A stretch of 64,000 nucleotides of DNA from Patescibacteria group bacterium. GTDB taxonomy: Bacteria > Patescibacteriota > Minisyncoccia > Phycocordibacterales > BOKC01. The stretch is from contig JBBTWE010000001.1 in assembly GCA_038062955.1 (NCBI GenBank), positions 554,271-618,270 on the forward strand, written 5' to 3'. Shown in pieces: positions 57,836 to 64,000 of the stretch. Each line of letters starts with the position of its first letter. Positions within the stretch are counted from its first letter, which is position 1. The notes under the pieces were generated by a model. It saw only the letters and a program-made list of their open reading frames with translations. It was not told where the DNA came from and searched no databases. The position numbers and the translations under genes were made by a program.

Positions 57836-57906
57836 TGCGGGTACCGGGAATCGAACCCGGGTCTCGTCCTTGGCAAGGACGTGTCATACCATTAAACTAT
57901 ACCCGC
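57836..57906 (-). tRNA. tRNA-Gly (anticodon GCC)
   Basis: GCGGGTA acceptor, anticodon stem CGUCC / loop UUGCCAA, T-arm CCGGG-UUCGAUU-CCCGG. Confidence 0.8.
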
Positions 57907-58029
57907 TTTTTTTTAAGTGCTACTCGAAAAGAATAGCAAAGATTTGCGTTTGTTTCTAGTTAGAAATTTACTAGTAAATAAAAAGAGCCTAAAGCTAGAA
58001 CTTAGGGCCCTGTGATTTGTATACGCTTC

Positions 58030-58295
58030 TCAAGAACAAGTTTTGGGACAGTTATGTGTCTCACCAATCTGAAACTTTGCGCCGCAGAGATTGCAGATCT
58101 GTAGTGGAAGCATATGTCCTGTCATGAATATTGCACCACAACAATCGCAGCCATAAGCGGTGGCATCATCCCACAAGTCACGGCTCCCACACTTCATGCA
58201 CCTACCAGTAAAGTGTCCTGTGGGCAAATTGTTAGGATTATTAGTCATCTGAAGCTGGGCCAGTTCATTCACGTCTGTGATTGGTGTCTTCATTA
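58030..58295 (-). CDS. Small Cys-rich (10 Cys) zinc-ribbon-like protein, GC-rich
   Basis: GAGAGG RBS then ATG (MKTPITDV...). CxxC...CxCC...CxxC...CxxxC pattern. GC about 50% against AT-rich flanks. Confidence 0.45.
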
Positions 58296-58396
58296 TTTCC
58301 TCTCTTTTGAAAGAACAGAGATATTGGTAGTTTTGAGAGACACACCAATAATCTATTTTCATACTCGCATACAAACACCAAGAGGTCAAAATTTTG

Positions 58397-58468
58397 TGCG
58401 CCCGGCAGGACTCGAACCCGCAATAACGGTTCCGAAGACCGTTGTGATATCCATTTCACCACAGGCGC
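58397..58468 (-). tRNA. tRNA-Arg (anticodon UCG; anticodon call tentative)
   Basis: Acceptor GCGCCUG/CGGGCGC (one G-U), D-arm GUGA...UCAC, anticodon loop CUUCGGA, T-arm GCGGG-UUCGAGU-CCUGC. Confidence 0.6.
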
Positions 58469-58539
58469 AGTACATAATGTGAATTTAAGATTATAATGAA
58501 AAATTAGTAAAAAGACAAAGAATGTAATAAAATTCAGCT

Positions 58540-60006
58540 ATGAAATTTGAAATTCCAAAAGAAATTTTGAGCATCTCTCAAAAAATAAAAGAAGCTGGAT
58601 TTGAGGCTTATTTAGTTGGCGGATGTGTCAGAGATTTAATTTTAGGCAAAAAGCCTAAGGATTGGGATTTTGCAACTAATGCTAAACCGGAAGATATAGT
58701 TTTACTTTTTACGAAGACTTTTTATGAGAACGAATACGGCACGGTTGGAATAGTAAACGAGGGTGTTTCAGATGAAACCTTAAAAATCGTCGAAATAACT
58801 CCTTTCAGAACAGAATCAGAATATTCAGATTCAAGACGACCCGACAAAGTAAGTTTTGGAGCAACACTTGAAGAAGATCTGAAAAGACGTGACTTTACAA
58901 TCAATGCAATAGCCCTAGATGCTGATAAAGGACATTTATACGATCCACATAAAGGACAAGAAGATATAAAGGACAGAATTATAAAAACTGTTGGAGATCC
59001 TAGAGTAAGATTTGGAGAAGACGGTCTACGAATATTACGAGCAATTAGGTTTAATGCCGAGCTTGGTTTCATGATTAACGAGGAGACAAGTCAAGCAATA
59101 AAAGCCCGCGCTTCCCTACTTCAAAATATATCTAAAGAGAGAATAAGGGATGAATTTATTAAGATCATCATGTCTGATCGTCCGATGGAAAGTATTATTT
59201 TAAGCCAAGAATTAGGAATCTTAAAGATTATAATCCCGGATTTAGAATCGACAATTGGAATAGAACAGAACCAAGCCCACTCTTTCGATGTTTGGCTTCA
59301 TCTACTGAAGTCCTTAAATCATGCGGTCAAGAAAAAAATGTCTCTAGATTTACGTTTGGCGGCCTTATTCCACGATATTTCTAAGCCGGAAACCAGAAGA
59401 TGGTCACCCGAAAAGAAAGATTGGACATTCTATGGCCACGACGTAGTCGGCGCCAAAAGAGCCGTCAAAATCCTTAAAGATTTGAGGTTTTCAAACGATT
59501 TAATAGAAAAAGTAGAGAAGTTAGTCAGATGGCATATGTTTTTCTCTGATACTGAACAAATTACTCTTTCGGCCGTTAGAAGGCTCATTGTTAACGTTGG
59601 AAAAGAAAACATTTGGGATCTAATGAACGTGAGAATTTGCGATAGGATAGGCACCGGTAGGCCCAAAGAAAGCCCTTACAGGCTAAGAAAGTACCGTTCT
59701 ATGATTGACGAAGTGTTAACAGACCCAATATCCGTAGGAATGTTAAAAGTGGATGGTGGTAAAGTTATACGTGTAACCAAACTGTCTCCAGGACCAAAAA
59801 TTGGTTATATTCTTCATGCTCTACTAGAAGAAGTACTGGAAGATCCGAGTTTAAACACCGAAGAATACTTAGAAACCAAAGCACTTAAATTAGCTGAATT
59901 GCCTGAAAACGAATTAAAAATTCTAGGAGAAAAGGCCAAAGAAAAGAAAGAATTGGAAACGGAAAAGAAAATAACCGAGATTCGTGATAAGCATTGGGTT
60001 AAGTAG
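58540..60006 (+). CDS. cca: CCA tRNA nucleotidyltransferase (PolyA-pol head plus HD domain)
   Basis: GGCVRDLILGKKPKDWDFAT and RDFTINA motifs. C-terminal HD-like region. Confidence 0.8.
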   Translation: MKFEIPKEILSISQKIKEAGFEAYLVGGCVRDLILGKKPKDWDFATNAKPEDIVLLFTKTFYENEYGTVGIVNEGVSDETLKIVEITPFRTESEYSDSRRPDKVSFGATLEEDLKRRDFTINAIALDADKGHLYDPHKGQEDIKDRIIKTVGDPRVRFGEDGLRILRAIRFNAELGFMINEETSQAIKARASLLQNISKERIRDEFIKIIMSDRPMESIILSQELGILKIIIPDLESTIGIEQNQAHSFDVWLHLLKSLNHAVKKKMSLDLRLAALFHDISKPETRRWSPEKKDWTFYGHDVVGAKRAVKILKDLRFSNDLIEKVEKLVRWHMFFSDTEQITLSAVRRLIVNVGKENIWDLMNVRICDRIGTGRPKESPYRLRKYRSMIDEVLTDPISVGMLKVDGGKVIRVTKLSPGPKIGYILHALLEEVLEDPSLNTEEYLETKALKLAELPENELKILGEKAKEKKELETEKKITEIRDKHWVK

Positions 60007-60087
60007 CAGATAACACTAATTTGTAATTTTAGGTATTTTAGCCAAAAATTATAGTTTCATAAGAAACAATTAATGCACTCAATTTAC

Positions 60088-60122
60088 CTATTAGGTTTAG
60101 ACATTATCAACAAAACTGGTAT
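60088..60122 (+). promoter_or_regulatory. Strong sigma70-type promoter with extended -10
   Basis: TTAGAC, 17 nt, TGG-TATAAT. Confidence 0.5.
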
Positions 60123-60124
60123 AA

Positions 60125-60290
60125 TTTTTGGAATCTTTTAGAAGATAATTATTCAAAAGAAAGCGATATTTTGTGATTTTCTTGGTTTTATACAGATAAC
60201 CCAACCATCTAGTTTAATCTAATACTTTAGAGCTAAAATAGAAAATACGTTTCATGAATAACCGCCAAGCGCGGTTATTTTATTATTAGC
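60125..60290 (+). ncRNA. Candidate small RNA between promoter and terminator
   Basis: Promoter at 60088-60122, then about 160 nt with no ORF, then terminator ATAACCGC-caag-GCGGTTAT followed by TTT at about 60262-60290. Confidence 0.3.
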
Positions 60291-60479
60291 TCGAACCGAA
60301 ACACGATCTTCAAGTTTAGAAAAATTTAAAAATTATTTTTTGACTTTTTTTTTAAATTAAGATGCAAATAATTTTTAGTGGTGTTGGTTACTATTTAACT
60401 TTTTAGATGTTTCATAAGAAACTTTTTGAGTTTTTATAAATTTGAAACTTTTTGACAAAACTTTTTTATATTGGGAAAT

Positions 60480-60900
60480 TAAATTTAGAAAAAATTTGGA
60501 AACGAAAAGTCCACATCGAGCAGAGGGCTTGACATGGACTTCGGAGCGATCGGAAATAATCAGAGAGATAACCTACCACTAGTTTTAGTTTATTTGTGGA
60601 TGGTTGGTAGTTATCTATCGGACATTTCTTCCTGCTTAATGGAGACCCTTTGGTGTCTCCTGAGAAGAACAAATATCCTCAAACACTCGAGAGGACATCT
60701 GACACTATTATACATGAATATTATAAAGGACAAAAACTGTCTGTGGATAACCCCCACACCTATCAAGACATCTCGAGAGATTTTTTAAAAAATTATGATT
60801 TTAAGCTAGATTTCAGGCTAAATTTTGGATATTTCCCGAATTGTGGTCTCGCAGAAAAATCCATGCCTTGATAGGTATGGGGGATAACTGTCCTTTATAA
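60480..60900. other. Structured non-coding region with nested long inverted repeats
   Basis: GATAACCCCCACACCTATCAAG / CTTGATAGGTATGGGGGATAAC (about 23-bp arms, 105 nt apart), GGAGACC...GGTGTCTCC, AAGTCCA...TGGACTT. No credible ORF. Confidence 0.3.
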
Positions 60901-60911
60901 TTTAAGATTGA

Positions 60912-61694
60912 CTAAATTTTGATTTTTAAAGAGATAGGACAATGATCCGAACCATATATTTTACTTAGAATTTCAGTCGAAACCAGATGAGGAATTGTTT
61001 CTTTACTTACAAAAAAATAATCTATTCTCCATCCGACGTTTCTTTCTCTAGCAAAAGTTTTCATATCCCAGTATGTGTATGTATCTTTCAGATTAGGAAA
61101 ATAATACCGAAAAACATCAACATACCCCTTATTTACCAACGTATCGATCCATGCCCTTTCTTCTGGCAAAAAACCTGTGTTTTTGGAATTTTCTTTTGGC
61201 CTAGCTAGATCTATTTCTTTGTGAGCAGTATTTATATCTCCACAGAAAATAATATTTTTATATTTTTTTCTTAATTTTTCAACAAATTTTAAAAAAATTT
61301 CATAAAATTCAAGTTTATACTTTAGTCTAATTGGCCCACCTCCACCATTAGGGAAGTAAACATTTAAAAGAACAAAATCCTTATAATAGGCCGTTATTAA
61401 GCGTCCTTCTTGATCAAATTCTTTACTATCCATACCTTCTTTTACACTTTCTGGCTTTTCCTTAGAATAAATAGCAACACCGCTGTAGCCTTTTCTGCCT
61501 TTGGAGTGATCAAAAAAACTGTAGTAACCTTTTGGATTTCTTACTTCTTCTGGGAGCTGTTCTGGCAAACTTTTAGTTTCTTGAAGACAGAGAATATCTG
61601 GATTTGCAGAAATGATTTCTGTAAAACAACCTTTTTTATGGCAGGCTCGAAGTCCGTTTACATTCCATGAGATTATGTTGAGGTTTTTTTCCAT
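60912..61694 (-). CDS. xth: Exodeoxyribonuclease III
   Basis: ISWNVNGLRA, CLQETK, GDINTAH, SDHCPI motifs. Confidence 0.85.
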   Translation of the reverse strand: MEKNLNIISWNVNGLRACHKKGCFTEIISANPDILCLQETKSLPEQLPEEVRNPKGYYSFFDHSKGRKGYSGVAIYSKEKPESVKEGMDSKEFDQEGRLITAYYKDFVLLNVYFPNGGGGPIRLKYKLEFYEIFLKFVEKLRKKYKNIIFCGDINTAHKEIDLARPKENSKNTGFLPEERAWIDTLVNKGYVDVFRYYFPNLKDTYTYWDMKTFARERNVGWRIDYFFVSKETIPHLVSTEILSKIYGSDHCPISLKIKI

Positions 61695-62010
61695 TTGACC
61701 CAGTCTCAAAAATAACCTCTAGTAATAAAGTTATAAACGCTTGAACAACCAAATGTCCAAATTTCGGCAAAAAACCAAGTTTCGACAGTCACCTTACTAT
61801 AAGTAGGTTTCCTGTCTCATCCTTGATTTTTTCCTTCGAAATTTTGCCATTTGTTTAGTTCATTATTTTTGAGACTGGCTCTTAATTCTACTTTTATCTC
61901 CCAAATATTCCAAATAATCTTGACCCTTAAAAAGCCTGAATTTCTGGCTTTTATAGCCCATTGGAGCATAAGACTGGTCAAAAAAATTGTTTTATGATAA
62001 AATGGGAGCC

Positions 62011-62280
62011 ATGTTAGCTAAAACCAAAAAACAAAAAATCATCAAGCTTGTTAAAGTTCATGATACAGACACAGGATCTCCAGAGGTTCAAGTTGCAGTT
62101 TTGACCAAAAGAATTGAAGAACTATCAAAACATTTAAAGAAAAACACCACGGATAAGCATTCGAGGAGAGGGCTTTTAGGATTGGTAGCCAAAAGACAGA
62201 AACAAATGAACTATCTTCTCAAAAGTAGCCCTCGAAGATTTAATTCTTTAGTTAAAAAGTTAGAACTCAAGAAGAAGTAG
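62011..62280 (+). CDS. rpsO: 30S ribosomal protein S15
   Basis: TKKQKIIK...DTGSPEVQVA...HSRRGLLGLVAKRQKQMNYL. Confidence 0.85.
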   Translation: MLAKTKKQKIIKLVKVHDTDTGSPEVQVAVLTKRIEELSKHLKKNTTDKHSRRGLLGLVAKRQKQMNYLLKSSPRRFNSLVKKLELKKK

Positions 62281-62466
62281 AACTTTCACATTCGGCGTAT
62301 CTCTGCGTTACTTCGCTCCGAGCCTCCCTCAACGTATTATTAAATACGTCTCGGTACGGTTCTGATTTCTACACCATAGAAATCATGTCGGGAGATTTTT
62401 TATCACGAAGTGATATAAAATTTCCGACTCGCTCGCGCCTTGATCTGCATCCGAATCTGAAAGTTC
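62280..62466. mobile_element. MITE-like element overlapping rpsO stop
   Basis: TIR GAACTTTCACATTCGG / CCGAATCTGAAAGTTC. Module content near-identical to the 50371 copy. Confidence 0.65.
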
Positions 62467-62477
62467 TATAAGAAACT

Positions 62478-62630
62478 CATTGAAATCATAGTTTTTGAGA
62501 GACATTGCGCAGGTCGACAGGTTAGGTGTCGACACCTGTAGACGGGCTGGCGAGCCGAGCATAGCAAAAATCTAGCAAGATTTTATGCACGTCTATCAAA
62601 AACTTATGATGAGTAAGAGTTTCGAGATAA
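62478..62630. repeat. Family D repeat with 32-bp insert
   Basis: See 40475-40595. Insert TCGACAGGTTAGGTGTCGACACCTGTAGACGG also at 5540-5570. Confidence 0.7.
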
Positions 62631-62646
62631 GGTTAAATAAAAAATT

Positions 62647-63222
62647 ATGGCAGTCATTAAACACGCTGATCAAAAAGTAGGGGTCTTTATAGATTCTCAA
62701 AATCTCTATCATAGCGCTAAAAACTTATATAAATCTAAGGTTAATTTTGGGCAAGTTTTAAAAGATGCTGTGGCAGACAGGCTCCTAATCAGGGCCATAG
62801 CTTATGTTATAACGACAGAATCTGGCGAAGAAAAAGCTTTTTTTGAAGCTCTGGTTAAGTTAGGAATAGAGACCAAGACAAAAAATCTTCAAGTATTTTT
62901 TGGTGGCGCCAAAAAAGGGGATTGGGACGTAGGAATAGCAGTAGATGCTATAAAATTTGCTCCGAAGCTTGATACAATCATATTAGCCTCCGGAGATGGG
63001 GATTTTGTTCCTCTAGTAGAATATTTAAAAGTTAACCAAGGATGCCAAGTGGAAGTCGTTGCTTTTGGACGTTCGTCGTCAAGTCGTTTGATAGAAGCCG
63101 CAGATGATTTTACCGATTTAGATAAAAATCCTAAAAAATACTTAATTTCCCGAAATCCTGTGAGACCAGGAAAACAATCACCTAAAAATAAACCAATTCC
63201 TCCTTTAGAAATCAAAAGCTAA
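62647..63222 (+). CDS. NYN-domain (LabA-like, PIN-related) protein
   Basis: VFIDSQNLY...ILASGDGDF. Confidence 0.7.
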   Translation: MAVIKHADQKVGVFIDSQNLYHSAKNLYKSKVNFGQVLKDAVADRLLIRAIAYVITTESGEEKAFFEALVKLGIETKTKNLQVFFGGAKKGDWDVGIAVDAIKFAPKLDTIILASGDGDFVPLVEYLKVNQGCQVEVVAFGRSSSSRLIEAADDFTDLDKNPKKYLISRNPVRPGKQSPKNKPIPPLEIKS

Positions 63223-63244
63223 AGACGGGGTTGACCCCTGAGTT

Positions 63245-63301
63245 TCTTTTGGCATCGTCACATTCGCAACGGAAGTTGCTATGGCAAAATCTACTACGGG
63301 G
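63245..63301. repeat. Family B hairpin repeat copy
   Basis: TTTTGGCATCGTCACATTCGCAACGGAAGTTGCTATGGCAAAATCTACTACGGGG, homologous to 31395-31459. Confidence 0.65.
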
Positions 63302-63454
63302 TTGACTGGAACACTATAAATAATATACAATTGGGTACTAATGGTTCGCCCGCAAGGCGAGCCAAATTTTTTAGAAAAATAAGACGCAAAGCGACTATAT
63401 TTTTCTTAACCCTAAATAAGGTGTTCTAGAAATTAATCGCTTATTACAAAATTA

Positions 63455-63575
63455 GAACTTTCAGATTTGAGACAAGTTTGTTGGAAAAACTGAGCACCGA
63501 AACAAGACGTATTTAATAATACGATGAAGTGAGGAGCGGAAGTTTTTACGACAAAATTGGCCGAATGTGAAAGTT
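63455..63575. mobile_element. MITE-like element upstream of nusA
   Basis: TIR GAACTTTCAGATTTGAG / CCGAATGTGAAAGTT. GACGTATTTAATAATACG palindrome module. Confidence 0.6.
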
Positions 63576-63583
63576 ATAACATC

Positions 63584-64000
63584 ATGTTTGATTTAAAAGT
63601 AATAAATTCAGTCATCCATCAATTAGAAGAGGAAAGAGGAATTCCTAAAGAAAAAACCATTGAAGCGGTTGAGGTTGCTTTGGCTACCGCTTATAAAAAA
63701 GAATATGGTAGCCGAGGACAAATTATAAAAACAAAATTTGATCCTAAAGAAGCTTCGGCTAGTTTTTATCAAATAAAGGTTGTGGTAGATGAAAAAAATA
63801 CTTATGCCGACAAGGAAGAGTGGATGAAAGCTCGAGAAGCCAGCTTGAAAGAGAAGACCGAAAAAGAGGGAACGGATTCTCCTCTAGAAATAAAGGAATT
63901 ATTTAATCCAGAACATCACATCTGGCAGAGTGATGCTCAAAAAATCAAAAAGGGGGCTATGGTTGGCGATGAAATGATTTTCCCTTTGGAATCAAAACAT
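63584..64000 (+). CDS. nusA: Transcription termination/antitermination factor NusA (N-terminal part, continues past window end)
   Basis: MFDLKVINSVIHQLEEERGIPKEKTIEAVEVALATAYKK... matches the NusA N-domain. Not in the ORF track because no stop occurs in the window. Confidence 0.8.
   Translation, partial: MFDLKVINSVIHQLEEERGIPKEKTIEAVEVALATAYKKEYGSRGQIIKTKFDPKEASASFYQIKVVVDEKNTYADKEEWMKAREASLKEKTEKEGTDSPLEIKELFNPEHHIWQSDAQKIKKGAMVGDEMIFPLESKH

Noticed and set aside
56188-57906. Integrated prophage or genomic island at tRNA genes
   Set aside because: Duplicated tRNA 3' ends are present. However the intervening segments are only about 130 nt and no integrase or phage genes are present, so described as miniature tRNA-linked elements instead.
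60534-60871. 84-aa and 73-aa plus-strand ORFs in the 900-bp intergenic region
   Set aside because: Overlap the long inverted repeats, have no RBS, and read as low-complexity. The region is more plausibly non-coding RNA or a repeat.
39590-62630. CRISPR array hypothesis for the dense short repeats
   Set aside because: Repeats are not regularly spaced, are palindromic or mosaic with terminal inverted repeats, and occur singly in scattered intergenic sites. No cas genes.

Overview
AT-rich (about 35% GC) chromosomal segment with the hallmarks of a reduced Patescibacteria/CPR-like (Saccharibacteria-like) genome. The evidence is: a minus-strand str-S10-spc ribosomal super-operon (rpsL to map) without rpmD; smpB plus tmRNA; a type IV pilus cluster plus ComEC; tRNAs with encoded CCA; and glycolysis genes pgk-tpiA.

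Four unusual layers sit on top of this.
(1) At least six GC-rich (50-60%) cassettes of hypothetical, secreted or sugar-modifying genes, looking like horizontal acquisitions from a high-GC donor. One sits between fusA and tuf, and a native membrane-protein gene is wedged between rplB and rpsS.
(2) An extensive network of miniature mosaic inverted-repeat elements: at least 9 copies of a MITE-like family with GAACTTTCAGATTYG termini, plus several other short dispersed repeat families. No transposase or integrase ORF is present in the window.
(3) A tRNA cluster in which three tRNA genes are each followed by a ~130-nt composite tail. Each tail has a short conserved motif, a hairpin and a ~90-nt structured element with compensatory base changes between copies, and ends in a near-copy of the tRNA's own 3' acceptor-CCA end.
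(4) Candidate unannotated structured RNAs: a GC-rich ~360-nt element between rplE and rpsZ, and a 900-bp non-coding region after cca.

All calls come from reading the sequence and ORF translations. No database search was run.
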